In this document: positions 43,727 to 58,540 of the stretch, piece after piece
How positions within the stretch are numbered: position 1 is the first letter of the stretch
Layout of the letters: each line of letters opens with the position of its first letter
Assembly: GCF_009914755.1 (NCBI RefSeq)
Contig: NC_060933.1
Strand: one strand, 5' to 3'
From: the human T2T-CHM13v2.0 reference genome, Homo sapiens
DNA: 64,000 bases
Notes under the pieces: model-generated
The model's database searches: none
The model's input: only the letters and a program-made list of their open reading frames with translations
Told to the model about the DNA's origin: nothing
Made by a program: the position numbers and the translations under genes

Positions 43727-45835
43727 ACTAACAAAATAGACCACTAGCCAGATTAATAAAGAAGAAAATAGAGAAGAATCAAACAGACCCCAATAGAAAA
43801 TGATAAAGGGGATATCACCCCTGATCCCACAGAAAGACAAGCTACCACCACAGAATACTGTAAACACCTCTACACAAATAAACTAGAGAATCCAGAAGAA
43901 ATGAATAAATTTCTGGACACATATGCCCTCCTAAGACTAAACCAGGAAGAAGTCAAATCCCTGACTAAACCAATGATAAATTCTGAAATTGAGGCAGTAA
44001 TTAATAGCCTACTAACCAAAAAAAAAAAACCCAGGATTAGATGGATTCAGAGCCTAATTCTACCAGAGGTAGAAAGAGGAGCTGGTACCATTCCTTCTGA
44101 AACTATTTCAAACAACAGAAAAAGAGGCACTCCTCCCTAACTCACTTTATGAGGCCAGCATCATCCTTATTCCAAAACCTGGCAGAGACACACACACACA
44201 CAAAAGAAAATATCAGGCCAATATCGCCGATGAACATCGATGTGGAAATCTTCAATAAAACACTGGCAAACCAAATCCAGCAGCACATCAAAAAGCTTAT
44301 TCACCATGATCAAATCAGCTTCATCACTGAGATGCAAGACTGGTTCAACATACCTAAATCAATAAACATAATCCATCACATAAACTGAACCAATGACAAA
44401 AACCACATGATTACCTCAATAGATGCAGAAAAGGCCTTCAATAAAATTCAACATCTCTTGGGCTAAATCTCTCAATAAACTAGGTATCGATGGAACATAT
44501 CTCAAAATAATAAGAACTGTTTATGACAAACCCATAGCCAATATCATACTGAATGGGCAAAAACTGGAAGTGTTCCCTTTGAAAACTGGCACAAGACAAG
44601 GATGTCCTCGCTCACCACTCCTATTCAACATAGTATTGGAAATTCTGGCCAGAGCAATCAGGCAAGAGAAAGAAATAAAGGGCATTAAAATAGGAAAAGA
44701 GGAAATCAAATTGTCTCTGTTTGCAGATGACATGAGTGTATATTGAGAAAATCCCAACGTCTCAGCCCAAAAACTCCTTAAACTGATAAAAACCTCAGCA
44801 AAGTCTCAAAATACAAAATCAATGTGCAAAAAAATCACAAGTATTCCTATACACAAATAACAAACAAGCAGAGAGCCAAATCAAGAGTAAACTTCCATTC
44901 ACAATTGCTACAAAAACATAAAATACCTAGGAATACAACTTACAAGGGATGTGAAGGACCTCTTTTGGGAGAACTATAAACCACTGCTCAAGGAAACAAG
45001 AGAGGACACAAACAAATGGAAAAACAATCCATGCTCATGGATAGGAAGAATCACTATCGTGAAAATGGCCATACTGCCAAAAGTAACTTAAAGATTCAAT
45101 GCTATTCCCATCAAGCTACCATTGACGTTCTTCACAGAATTAGAAAAAAACTACTTTTAAGTTTCATTTGGAACCAAAAAGAGCCGTATAGCCAAGACAA
45201 TCCTAAGCAAAAAGAACAAAGCTGGAAGCATCATGCCACCTGACATCACACTATACTGCAAGGCTACAGTAACCAAATCAGCATGGTGCTGATACCAAAA
45301 CAGATATATAGAGCAATGGAACAGAACAGAGCCCTCAGAAATAATACTACGTATGTACAACCATCTGATCTTCGACAAACCTGATAAAAAACAAGCAATG
45401 GGGAAATAATTCCCTATTTAATAAATGGTGCTGGGAAATCTGGCTAGCCATAAGCAGAAAACTGAAACTGGACCCCTTCCTTACACCTTATACAAAAATT
45501 AACTTAGGATGGATTAAAGACTTAAACATAAAACCTAAAAGCATAAAAACCCTGGAAGAGAACCTAGGCAATACCATTCAGGACATAGGCATGGGCAAAG
45601 ACTTCATGAATAAAACACCAAAAGATGTTGCAACAAAAGCCAAAATTTACAAATGGGATCTAATTAAACTAAACAGCTTCTGCTCAGCAAAAGAAACTAC
45701 CATCAGAGTGCACAGGCAACCTACAGAATGGGAGAAAAATTTTACAATCTATCCATTTGACAAAGGGCTAATCCAGAATTTACAAAGAACTTTAACAAAT
45801 TTACAAGAGAAAAACAATGCCATCAAAAAGTGAGC
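40176..45835 (+). mobile_element. L1PA8-10-like element with 5'UTR, ORF1 and most of ORF2; 3' end and poly(A) missing
   Basis: 5' YY1-site motif caagatggccgaata. ORF1 remnants at about 41530-42570. ORF2 starts MTGTNSHITILTLNVNGLN at 42615 and includes the RT motif LFADDM. Multiple stops and frameshifts. Confidence 0.95.
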
Positions 45836-47269
45836 CAGTGTACTTTATAGATACAGTGTAACACACTTTTATTTATTTAGGATGGCATTTTGTTTTGGTT
45901 TCTTTGCACAACTAATTTTCAATACTTAAAAAAAGTTTCTGTATAGCTTGTTATGGGCAAAATCTTGTAACAAATTATACCTATTCTGAAAAAAACTACT
46001 TTAAAAATATTAAAGAAGAAATTTAAAAGAAATAACACGAACATTTTATTTAGACATTAAAAGATGTTGACATTAAAAGCTGTTAAACAAAATAAGTATG
46101 GTTTAGGATTAAAAAGCTCAGTGTTGTTTTTAAACATTTGAAACAACTTCATTAAAAATTCAGAATGTGTAAAAACCTGTTAAAGGACAGTGGTAAATTT
46201 GAGATATAAGAAAGCTCCCTGATGGGGACAGAGAAAGGAGGAAAATATATGCTTTATGTCATTGGTAGTAAATAAGAAATATGAATTTATCAATTGTGAA
46301 AGCATCTATGGCTGTTCATATATTTTGGATTCTAGGAGAACAAAACAGTGAAAGATTTATTGTTGGTTTTGTTGTTGTTGTTGTTTGCTGTGTTGGTAAC
46401 CGCATCTAAAATAATCTAATGTTCATCTTGTAAAATATATCTTCAGGCAATAACTTGAGGAACCACGTGAGTGCTAAGACTTGCCTCAAGATCAATAATT
46501 CTTTGCAATGTTCTAGCCATGGAGCCTGGGAATAGTGGGGGGAGGAATAATGTGCAATCAAACAAAAGGGTGGGACAGTATCTTGTATCAGAAAGAATAA
46601 AGAAGAACATTTTGGCTATTCCATTAGCAGAGATTCCAACAGCAGCTGGAGATCTGGGTAATACTAGAATTATCTAACAATAACTGCAAAATGCACAAAT
46701 TCGTTTACAAAAGGTTTAATGTTTCTATTACGCAGATAAACTGACAGAAGAGTAAGAAACTTTTTGTTGACTTGTTCCTGATAAGTTATTTATTATAATG
46801 TTTTTTTTTACATAAATGCTTCAAATTTCAAGTAGCTTTACTTTTAGTGTTTGCATTTTTTTCTAGTAATTTACAGTTTTCCAGTACCCTACTAAATTGT
46901 ATACAAATATCACTATACCTGATTTATCAGTAAAAATAAGAATGACAGAAACATAAAACTACATTTAAACTTAGAGTTATTGTGCAACCTGACTTTGTCT
47001 TTAATTGTTATCATCAATATTTTTGTTTCATTTGCTTTCATAGAAATTTATTTTTTTCTGTGGCACAAGTAAAAATTTTGAAAAATGCATCATCATTTAA
47101 CATAGTTATCTTGGAAAGGTAGTAAATGTTTATTAATACGACATCATCTTATTATTAAATTCCCGACTGTGAAGAAAAGTACTTCTATGCAAAATGAATA
47201 AGATAGAAATTTTCTACCTAAAAATTTTGAAGAATGTATGTCATCTTAGAATATCTGTGCAGTAAACTG

Positions 47270-47350
47270 CCATGGGACAGGTTTACCTATGTAACAAAAC
47301 TGCACGTCCTGCACATGTACCCCAGAACTTAAGATAAAAGTTAAAGGGGC
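47270..47350 (+). mobile_element. Short L1PA13-16/L1PB 3' tail
   Basis: tttacctatgtaacaaaactgcacgtcctgcacatgtaccccagaacttaa. Confidence 0.85.
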
Positions 47351-47389
47351 AAAAGAATATTATAGATATTAATGAATAACTATTACACT

Positions 47390-47592
47390 CAATGGCATAG
47401 TAAGAAATCTTTAAATGGCTGTCAAAAATAAAAAATAAAGAAAGAAACCCTGAGTTTACTCTTATTTCTACAAATTCTGCCACCATGGCATATTTCAAAC
47501 TACCAATTTGGCATTCCTGAAAACTGAGTTGGAAAGAGTTGTGCCCAATTGGCTCCAGTGACCTGGTGGGATCCAGCTCCAGGGCATCAGTG
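47390..47592. mobile_element. MER63-like hAT element
   Basis: tgccaccatggc...tttcaaactaccaa...actgagttggaaagag...ccagctccagggcatcagtg. Confidence 0.6.
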
Positions 47593-48032
47593 ATTGTATC
47601 TCAGCAAACTTTGGAAGATACACCATAAATTTTATATAATAGAGGTTAAATAAATGTTTATTAAATCAAGTAAAATATGGTGGTTTTAAAATTACACTTT
47701 ATAATTGCAAGTGTAGATTTTAAAGTGTGTCATCAATTAAGTAAATAATTCACTGTAATTTAATACTTCTTCCAATACATTTGAACACTTCTTCCACTAT
47801 ATATATGATTAATAAGACTCAAGACTTGCCACTTTCCTTGAAGAATCTCTAAGGGAACAACTTTCAGTTCTGGTTTTGCAATATATATGTTCTCTCTCAC
47901 CTTTATACCAATCTATCCATATGGTCTAAATAGATACTTTTTTCTTTTGTTTTTCTTTCTCTATGTTTACATATATCCTTAATGTATACCCAATCTGTTT
48001 CTTGCATACACTTAATACACATCACTTTGGAT

Positions 48033-48088
<56 letters not shown>

Positions 48089-48146
48089 TATACATTTACT
48101 TCTATAATTTTTATATATATATACACACACACACACACATATACAC
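48033..48146. repeat. (TA)n(CA)n microsatellites
   Basis: Visible directly in the sequence. Confidence 0.95.
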
Positions 48147-50145
48147 TTATCTGTACTGATTCATGCCATTACCAATGCCTATTCCTTCCCCTTTGTTTAT
48201 TAAGGTCAAGCATTTTTATCATGATGTCAAGCTTGACTTATTCACAATTAGAGCTAAACAACCTAACAAATGAATTAGGTATATTTAATGCATAATATAC
48301 ACTGATTTCTTCTAAAATATAAAGGTGAATATTAGATTTTTTGCTATTTTTATAAAAGGTAAAAGTTAAGTATAATGAAGTCTCCAAGCCCTTAAAGTGA
48401 TTGTTCAGAGGATGGCAATGGAAATAAAAGGGAAAAATAAAACTTCAAATTTCTGGTGCAAGAGATAAAATTTGTCAATCCACAATTTAGTTTTTTGATG
48501 GCTACCTACATGGAGTCAGAGATCGATCAGAGGATAAACATTTCTATTCTCTAATTATTTTGTTCTACTTACAAATTAATTGAAGGAAATTTAATGAAAT
48601 GCAGAAAACAAAGAAAGGACAATTAATATAAGGGCAAAGACAGAAATCTGTTTCAGGCTAAGAAAAGAGATAAAAAAAAACAGAGTTTGGCATAAGAGAG
48701 TTACCACAATTAGTCAGTTTCATAGTGTGCGAAACAAACAAAAACATGTGATGCATACTCTCTTTTAAAGAAAAGTACCATTTTATTTGTCAATTCAAAA
48801 ATAATATAACTTTTTCTCATGGCCTAATTCAAGGCAATTTTCCTTGGAAAATCTTTAGGTAAGTGTCATCTGTGAATTAAATATTACCACTTAATGATTT
48901 GTTCATATAAGTTTGCAATAATAGCTTGCATTATATCTTAGGGCAATATTCATATATGATATTTATTAGCCCAGTCCTAAAATTTCCTAATCACCAGTAA
49001 AACCACACCTCTTGTCTTCAATGAGAAAACAGTAAATAAGATTTACAGAAATAAAAAGAACTTGTATTTCTAAAAAGCAATTTTTCATTGTGATCAGAAA
49101 TATTTCTGATGATAAGCACCTTTGCAAAATTGAAAAAATGTTGTGTTTTTTTTTTTTTTTTCAGGTTCTCCCTCTGACCTCTGAGTCCATGTAGTCAATG
49201 GGCAGCCATGAGAAGTTTATGGAGCCATGTGAAAAACATTTAGTCGAGCAATGTGTACCAAATAATACAATTTGGAAGGGCTTGGAGAAACATGTGAGGT
49301 CAAAACAGAGTTGACTCCACAGAGTACTATGAAATACAATAATCAATTTTTGTCTTCAGCCATCTACTTTTATTTATTTCATGCTGCTTTGACTCTCTCC
49401 TCCTCATATCACAGAAGTCTTTCCTTCTCATAGGTACTACTAAAATATTGCCTGAGCATTTTGATCTCCAGCCAGTTGAATTCTTTGTAATGTTTTTTAG
49501 TGTTTCAGTGTTGGCTATGAAGGCATCCAAATATGGTGGAAAGAGCACTGAGCTAGAGGTCATTTAGTGCAGTGTGTGCCCATTTGGTTGGACCTCAAAA
49601 AATGATAATGTATCAAAAGTATTTAAAAGTAAAAGAAAAATAAAACTGGACACAGAATTGGGAAAACTCTGTAATGCAAGATATAGGGGAAGGAAGAAAG
49701 TATATCTATTTTATGGAGCAGTTTCTGAATGCATAGCAACATCTACATGCATCTGCTACTGTCCATTGACCAGAACATGGTGGTGTTGAAACATGGTGAC
49801 GCAGAATCCAGGAGTGAGCAGTATCATGCAAGGCAGGCTAGCAGAAGGTCAGTCCACTTCAAAAAATTCTATCAGTATATATTTGACATCAGGCTAACCC
49901 AGTGAGTCCAAAAAATGAATTTTGATTACTTGAAAGAATAGTAAGAAAAATTAGCAAGGCTGCAGTTCAAAAGCAACCAGAATACTTGGGAGGTATCTAG
50001 ATATGGAACAGGACCATAGCATAACTATTCAATTAATTAAGCAATTTAGAAATATAAAAATTAATTTCAGAGGTTAAGAACCAGTTGGAAGCTGCAAGAA
50101 GAAGAGTTTAGTGCTAATTGTTATAGAATGAAAGCTACGTGATCT

Positions 50146-50305
50146 AGGTCTGTAAGATATAGGACATTCATTTAAATTTGATTTTTAGATAAACTTTTAA
50201 TAATTGCAATATTGGAGACATATTCATATTTAAAAATCCATTGATTATCTGATTCAAATTTAACTATCTTACCTGTATTTTTATTTGTGAACTCTGCCAG
50301 TCCTA
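50146..50305. mobile_element. MER53 palindromic hAT MITE
   Basis: tagg...ttaaatttga...agataa and ttatctgattcaaatttaa...ccta inverted arms. Confidence 0.75.
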
Positions 50306-50629
50306 ATTTAATGACAACTGCATGTGAGAAACTAGACTTGTACATTGCTTTGATATGCAAGAAAGACAATCTTAGACCAACAAGGGTTTGGAATTTCACA
50401 TTTTTGTCTGCTGCTTGGCCATGATTGTTTGTCATAAGACCAAAAGGCATCTTAGGATTCTTTAAGCCAGATTAGTTAATAAATGTACCAAAATTATTTG
50501 CCACAAAGAAAATATGGATCAAAAGGGAGGAAAAAGGCTAATATTATATTTTAACATCTTGAAAAATACCACTAATAGCCTGACATTTTTGTAGTTTATG
50601 GGCAGAAATGCAAAGCAAAATAAACCATT

Positions 50630-50960
50630 AAATTTAAATTAGAATGCCTCTAACCTTTCCTAGCTATGTTATTTTAGGTGGCTGCTTCATCTCTTTTTTC
50701 CTCAGTATACTTACACAAAGAGAATAATGATAATATTAATAAATATTAATAATGACAATATATTTCATTGGATTGTTGTAAGAATCAAGTTAATGGATGA
50801 TAAGTGTATAGAGTAATTTCTGGCACATACTAAATACTCAATACTCAATAACCATTAGCTAGTACTTAATGTGCTCTTTATTCCAGGCATTGTGATAGGT
50901 ATGTTTCAATATATTGTAGCTAAACTTGTTTTTAAACAACCCTGAAAATAAGGACAGTTA
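50630..50960. mobile_element. MIR fragments
   Basis: ggattgttgtaagaatcaa...ctggcacata, followed by antisense ccaggcattgtgatagg...aacaaccctg. Confidence 0.55.
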
Positions 50961-51029
50961 ATGCCCTTAAACTTCTTCTTATATGGAATCATCAGTATGT
51001 ACTCATGAGTATCTAAATATAGTAACAGT

Positions 51030-52320
51030 TAAATGTTGAAACATTTATAGTTATGTGTATAGATACACATTATTATGCACACACATATTATCCATGTGCT
51101 GAGAGTACAGAGGGACTAAAAGCAACAAAACATTAGTAGTAACAAGCATTCCTAGGTCCCAGATTTTCTAACATCATCTCCAATAAAAGGAACCAGGCTC
51201 CTTGAAGAAACGGCTAATTCTTCTGGGACTAGAGAAATTTAAAAATGAGTCTGGTATCTTGTAGTGCCAGAAAAGTAGGAAGACCTCAGTAAAAGGGAGG
51301 GGGAAAGAAGTAACATAATGATAGGACATATCAAAGAGACACCAACAAACTGAAAGAACTTCCAAGAGGAAAAGCTACAAGAGACCGAGCGTGGTGGCTT
51401 ATGCCTGTAATCCCAAAACTTTGGGAGGCCAATGTGGGAGGATCACTTACATCCAGGAGTTTGAAACCAACCAGCTTGGTCAACATAGCAAGGCCTTGTC
51501 ATTACAAAAAATGAAAAGCTGGAACAATTTAAGCAATAAAATAAAGAGTGTTGGAGTGTAATTCAAAGTATAAATGAATATGCATAATTCAGTATTGATA
51601 CAAATATATAATTGGCTACATAAATAAAGGGAGAGGAAGACGCAAGTCACCATTACCAAATAATTTCAAATAATTTATGGAGATCGAATAAAACTCTTCT
51701 CTCTTTAAGTCAGGGCTCTACATAGTGACTTCCTTCCAAAGAGTGCAATTTAAATGGTTGGGATATACAGAACTTTATTATGGAGAAACCTGAGCAATGC
51801 TACCTTAGGTGCTCAAAGTTGACATCAGCCATGGTAACTCATGTTGATTTTATGTACCTCTGATTTGATATAATGAGAATGACAATTCACCTCACCAAAA
51901 TTGATCTTTGCAGTCTAATAATGATTAAAAACATCAAACGAATACCAAGTGGAGCATTAAAAATACCTGTTCCACATGCCTTAAAACTTCCAAGTTCATT
52001 AAAAACAAGGAAAGTCTGAGACACTGTTACAGCCAAGAAGATTCTAAGGAAACATGATGTGTACATGTAATGTGATATTTTGGATGTGACTATGGAACAG
52101 AAAAAGAACATTATATAAAAATGAAAACAATCTCAATTAAGTATGGATTTGCATTAATTACAAAGTGTTAATATATTTTCAGTAATTATGAACAATATAC
52201 CATAATACTGTAAGATACTAAATAATACGTGAAATTAAGTGTGGGATATATGAAAATTCTGTTCAATCTCACAATTTTATGTAAACATTAAAGTATCCTA
52301 TAAAGCACTTATTTAAAAAT
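51030..52320 (+). mobile_element. L1MD/L1MC3-like 3'UTR
   Basis: ctccaataaaaggaaccaggctccttg...catagtgacttccttccaaagagt...ggaacagaaaaagaacatta. Confidence 0.75.
51382..51511 (+). mobile_element. FLAM_C or AluJ left monomer
   Basis: Single Alu arm (ggaggatcactt...caacatagcaag) with a probable TSD containing gaaaagct. Confidence 0.8.
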
Positions 52321-53307
52321 CTACATATGAGTATATAGCTCATCTATATTTGAGTATATAAGTTTATGATAGATAGATATATAGATCATAGTTAACACAG
52401 ACCATAGGTTTGAATACTCTAACACATTAAACAAATGACATCATTCACTACATACTATTCTAATTCTCAATCTTTTCAAACAAGCAACATTTTGGCAAAA
52501 AAAAAAAAAAACAATTATTTTGATTCCACGTGGATATACGTGGCTATGTGATATTCGTTTTAAAGAAATGTGATTGTAATGGCCCTGTAGTAATTTTTTC
52601 CCCTTCTTATTTTGATGCATCTTTAAATTGCTGTTAATATTTTTACTAAGTAACAGAAAATACTCATCTACAACCTAGCTGAATATTACTAAATAGCACT
52701 TAAATGTGTGCTCCCACAAAACGTGTATAGGTGCTCCTACTTCTCCAAAGCATAGCCAAAATGGAGTTGTTAGATTTTTAAAAATACTTTCATTTTAATG
52801 CATGTGACATAGTATCTCAATTTCTTTTATAAATCATGGTCCTTTGTATTTTGCGGGGCAGATTCCCTACACATTTCCTACTCATTAATTTTTGTCATAT
52901 GTTTATGTATTTGACAGTATATATGCTAGACAATTATATATTCAAGATTCTAGTATTTGTCAGTTTTGCATGTTGTAAGCGTATATAACTGCCTGTTGCT
53001 TGTTTATTCATATCACTCATACTGTATTTGTGGTTTTGTTTGGGGTGGTAATAAAATTTATCTTGGAATGTTATTATAAAGTTTGAGTAATTTTACCCAC
53101 CTAGAATTTTCTCTAGTGTGAGTTAACATCAACATCCAACCTCCTACCCTTCATATACTTTATAGAACAGTACATTCCTTCCATGCTGGTTTATAATTCT
53201 ACTATGTCATAAATTAATATTTAAAAGAGAGAGAGAGTCTCATATATATTGCCTATCATATATACATATATATTTAATACAATATCCTATGTATGTGTGT
53301 ATGTGTG

Positions 53308-53346
<39 letters not shown>

Positions 53347-53364
53347 GTCTATCTATCTATCTAT
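53308..53364. repeat. (TCTA)n tetranucleotide STR
   Basis: About 14 units with one TCTG interruption. Confidence 0.95.
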
Positions 53365-53429
53365 AGCTGGACTTTCTAAGATGTTTAATTGGCATAGTTG
53401 TTTATCCCTGAGGCCATAAGAGACATAAA

Positions 53430-53605
53430 ATATTAGATTTAGAATTTTGGCTCTGTCACTGAATACTTTGTAATACAGGGAAATTTTATTATCTATTAAG
53501 TGAACAAATAGTAATGTATTTTTATTATTTTCAAGAGCAATTTAAATTAATATCTAGAGGTCTAATGTACTTCATGCATCACAGCAACTATTCAATAAAT
53601 AAAGT
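53430..53605 (+). mobile_element. MIR, degenerate
   Basis: gaattttggctctgtcact...ttcaataaat. Confidence 0.45.
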
Positions 53606-53923
53606 TTTTTTAACCCACTAGTCTTTGAAATCACGTTATATTGGACTATATTACATTATTTCCTTCTCTTTCATGTATTAGGAAGTATAGACAGCACACG
53701 TGCAAGGGAATCACAAAAGCACATATGATAGAAAGATGAACATATTCCTATGTGATGATTTGGAGTAAGGAATTTCTATTTTCTCATACTTCCTAGATAA
53801 TTGTAATATGTAGAAAGAATAAAAAGATTACCATAGTCACTAGAAGGGTTTGGTAGAAATAAAGAGAAGAACCATTAGTTGAAAACTGTGACAGAGGGAT
53901 ACAGGTTAAATTAATGTATATGC

Positions 53924-54245
<322 letters not shown>

Positions 54246-55569
54246 TCAAAAAGGTAGCATGGCAGTGAGGTAAGGAAAAATAGATAATTTGGAATTTATT
54301 TTCTTTATAATTCTATTTATTTCATCTTATATAACATGAAGTAATGTTGTTAGTAGCAAATTAGTTTGAAGTAATTTATCTTCCTCATAAGTTAAATATT
54401 TTACACTTCTTGAACCCCATATTTATCCCTAATTTATTTACCCTAAAATCTATATTTTCTGTTATTTGTATAACACTAGCTTAGCCAACTCCAGAGACAC
54501 TGAAGATACTAGGCAAGAACAACACTTCTACCCCATCACACATATACACATCTTGCATAATTAACAAGTTTCCCACATATTGGAAAGATTCTTGGATTCT
54601 TTCCCATGTATAGCTGCAATTTTTAAAGAATTCTTATTTTTGATTCATATAACAAATGCAGAAACTAAGGTGCTCCTAAAAACCAAGAAACACAGATTTT
54701 TGCCATTTCTGCCACCCATTTACAAAGATGGCTATCAGTTTTCCCCGGTGCTTTGCACTCTAGTACAGCAGTGCCCTTGTTTTATATTTCAAATTCTGAT
54801 ACAAAATAATGTTGAAATGACTGAGGGGAATCATTTGTAGCAGTTTTATTAACTCACATTGGAGAAAATAGCAAAATAAATCAACAAAGCAAATGTGTAC
54901 TAAAGCAAGTGCAAACAACACTTATGAATGATGAAAGTAATGGCACAGGATCTAAAGCTACTTATCTCTATAATGACTTTTTAATAGCAATTCTAACACC
55001 TGCCCATTGAGGGTGAATGGAAACAAAAGTCACCTCTGAACAATCCTCTTTTCATTAGTATTTATGCCTGTGGTTTAGAAAAGGTCCTAGTTTATGGTAT
55101 GTATTTTTAGATGTAAAATTTTCTGAAGTTTGCTTTGTTTTGCTTCCTGTGAAAATCATGAAATTATATGAGTTTCCTTTTGCTAAAAGAACCACTTTCA
55201 CAGGTGGCAAACAGAGATATTTTTACCTATATTTTCCACTTTCAATATTGCGTCCACTATTATAATTGTGACTTATTCCAAAAAACAGCAAAAACAAATC
55301 ATGTACATGTTTGTTTTTACACTCATCAGTTATCATTTGTTGACATGCACATATTATGTGAAATAACTGTACATAATTTCCTAAGGAGTGACTATAAAAT
55401 TTGCAGAAAAGCTGAGCACCATGTTCTAAATGAGTCCATGAGTCCTCATTTGATGTCTGCAAGCAAGTTTCCTATGCAGATGTTTCCCCTGCTACTCCCT
55501 GAAAAAAAATACCATATATACATACAACACACACACATATACACATATGTATACAGACTCACACATAAA

Positions 55570-57973
55570 CATGTATACCTCATTTTGTTGTGCTTCAGTT
55601 TATTTCGTTTTGCAGATACTCCATTTTTTTAAAAAAATAGAAAGTTGGTGGCAACCCTGTGTAGAACAAGCATATCAGAGACATTTTTTTAACAGCATGG
55701 GCTTACTTAGTGTCTACGTCTCATGTTTTGGTAATTCACAATATTTCACACTTTTTCATTATTATTATATTTGTTATGCTAATATGTGATCGGTGACCTT
55801 TCATGCTACTATTGTAATTGTTTTGGAGTGCCATGAGCCATGCCCACATAACATGGCAAAGTTATTCAATAGATGATGTGTGTGTTCTGACTGCTTCATT
55901 GACTAGCCATTCCCCTATCTTGTTTCCTCTCTTCAGGCCTCACTATTCCCTAAGACATAATAATGTTGAAATTAGGCCAATTAATAACACTTCAGTGCCC
56001 CCTATGTCTTAAAGTGAAAGAAAAGTTGCACGTCTCTCACTTTAAATCAAAAGCTACAAATAATTAAGTTCAGCAAGAAAGGCATGCCAGAAGTCAAGAT
56101 AGGCCAAAAGCTAGACCTCTTGTGCCAATTAGCCAAGGTATGAACTCATAGGAAAAATTCTTAAAGGAAATTAAAAGTGCTACTCTAATGAACACACAAA
56201 TAAGAAAGGAGAACAGCCTTATTGCTGGTATAGAGAAAGTTTTAGTGGTCTGGATAGAAGTTCAAAACAGCCATAATATTCCTTTAAACCAAGCTTAATT
56301 CAAAGCAAGGTCCTTACTCTCTTCAATTATACAAGGGCTAACGGAAGTAGGGAAGCTGCGAAGAAAAGTTTGAAAATAGCAGAGATTGATTCACTCTGCT
56401 AGCTTCAAACTTTAAGAGGTTAAAGAAGTCATCCCCATAACATGTAAGTATAAGGCAAAGCATCAAGTGCTGATATAGAAGCTCAGCAAGTTATTCAGAA
56501 GATCTAGCTAAGGTAATTGTAGAAAGGGCTACACCAAACAAGAGATTTTCAGTGTAGACAAAACAGTCTTATATTGAAAGAGGATGCCATCCAGGACTTT
56601 CATAACTAGAGAGGAGAAGCCAATACTTACCTGGCTTCAAAGACTAAAAGAAAAGCCTGACTCTCTTATTAGGGTCTGATGCAGCTTTAAGTTGAAGCCA
56701 ATGCTTATTTACAAATATGAACTTATTAGAGCCCTTAGGAATTATGATAAATCGACCCTGCCTGTGCTGTATAAATGAAACAAAGCCTGTATGACAACAC
56801 ATCTGTTTACAGCATGGTTAACTGAATATTTTAAGCCCACTGTTGAAATGCACTGCTCAGAAAAAAAGAGATTTTAAAAAAATATATTTCTGCTCATTGA
56901 TAATGCATATTGGCCCCCAAAAGCTCTGATGGAGATGTACAAGGAAATTAAATTTGTTTTTGTCCCTGACAACACAGCAACCCTCCTGTAGGCCATGTAT
57001 CAAAGAGTAATGTCAACTTTAAAATTTTATTATTTAAGAACCGTATCTTGTAAGGCTGTAGCTGCCATATATAGTGATTCAAATGATAGATCTTGACAAA
57101 ATAAGTTGAAAACCTGAAAAGGATTCAACATTCTAGATGCCATTAAGAACACTGAAGATTCATGGGAGGAGATCAAAATAACAGTATTAACAGGAGTTTG
57201 GAGGAAGTTCATTCCAACCGTTATGGACAAATTTGAGATGTTCAAGGTTTTAATAAGGGAAGTTACTATAGATGTGGTAGAAATAGCAAGAAAACAAGAA
57301 TCAGAGGTAGAGCCTGAAGATATGACTGAATTACTGAAATCTCATGATAAAACTTGAGTGGATATAGAGTTATTTCTTATGAATGAGCAAATAATGATTT
57401 CTTGAGATGGGATCTACTCCTGGTGAAAATACTGTGAACATTGTTAAAATGACAACAAATGATTTAGAATATTACATAAACTTAGTTAATAATGGAGTGG
57501 CAGGGTTTGAGAGGATTGATTCCTATTTTGAAAGAAGTTCTTCTTTGGGAAAATGTTATCAAACAGCATTACATGCTATTCAGGAAAGGAGGAATACATA
57601 ATGTGGCAAACTTCATTGTTGAATTATTGTAGTAAGTTGCTAAAGCCACTCCAGTCTTGGCAACAAGCACTCTGATCAGTTAGCAGCCATCAGTATCAAA
57701 GCAAAACCTTCCAACAGCAAAAAGATTAAGACTTGCCGAAGGCCTAGATGATTGTTAGCATTTTTCAGCAATAACATATTTTTTAAATTAAGGTATACAC
57801 ATTGTTACTTCAGACATAATGCTATTGCACAGCTAATGAAGCATAGTGCAGTGTAAACATAAACTTTTATATTCACTAGAAAACAAAAAAAATTATTTGA
57901 GTTACTTTATTGAGATATTCACTTTATTGTGGTGATCTGGAACCAAATCTGCAGTATCTCCAAGGTATGCTTG
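55570..57973 (+). mobile_element. Tigger1 (pogo-like DNA transposon), essentially full length, transposase decayed
   Basis: Termini catgtatacctc and aaggtatgcttg, length about 2.4 kb. Transposase remnants (ttcagtgtagacaaaacag, ctgctcattgataatgca). Confidence 0.93.
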
Positions 57974-57974
57974 A

Positions 57975-58075
57975 TACACACACACACACACACACAGATA
58001 TAAATGACATACATGTGTATGTAGTGTGTGTGTGTATATGTGTATATATATGTATATCATATATATGTATATGAT
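57975..58075. repeat. (CA)n/(TG/TA)n low complexity
   Basis: Visible directly in the sequence. Confidence 0.85.
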
Positions 58076-58228
58076 ATCCCTCAGATGTCTGCTTAGCTTT
58101 CTTCCTCACTCATATGTCACCTTAAGACTGACACATTCACTTTCAAAGGATTTCCAACTTAAAGCCTCATGGTAATTCCGTAGCTCATTTCACTTAAACT
58201 ATCATTTATTTAACAGTTATTTTTCTAG

Positions 58229-58540
58229 TGCTATGGAATGAATGTGTTTATGCCCCCTAAACTCATATACTGAAATCCTAGCCCCCAAGGTGATGATATT
58301 GGAAAGTGGGAATTTGGGAGGTGATTTGATCATTAGGGCTTTGCCCTCATGATGGGATGACTCTCCTTACTGAACAGTCCCCACAGACTCCCTCTGCCCC
58401 TCTGCCCTCCCCATCATGTGTAGACACAGCAATAAGACAATCATCTATGAACCAGAAAGAGGGTTCATACATCAAATTTGCCATCACTTACATCATGGGT
58501 TTTTTTTGTCTCAAGAACTATGAGAAATAAATATTAATTC
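58229..58540 (+). mobile_element. MaLR LTR, MLT1A/MSTD-like, 3' end lost
   Basis: tgctatgga...tgaaatcctagcccccaaggtgatg...tctatgaaccagaaag...aactatgagaaataaa. Confidence 0.8.

Noticed and set aside
50146-50305. Large imperfect palindrome as a novel structured RNA
   Set aside because: It is explained by the known palindromic MER53 MITE.
55168-55632. 154-aa ORF
   Set aside because: It runs through a CA/TA microsatellite into the Tigger1 terminus, so it is a chance ORF.
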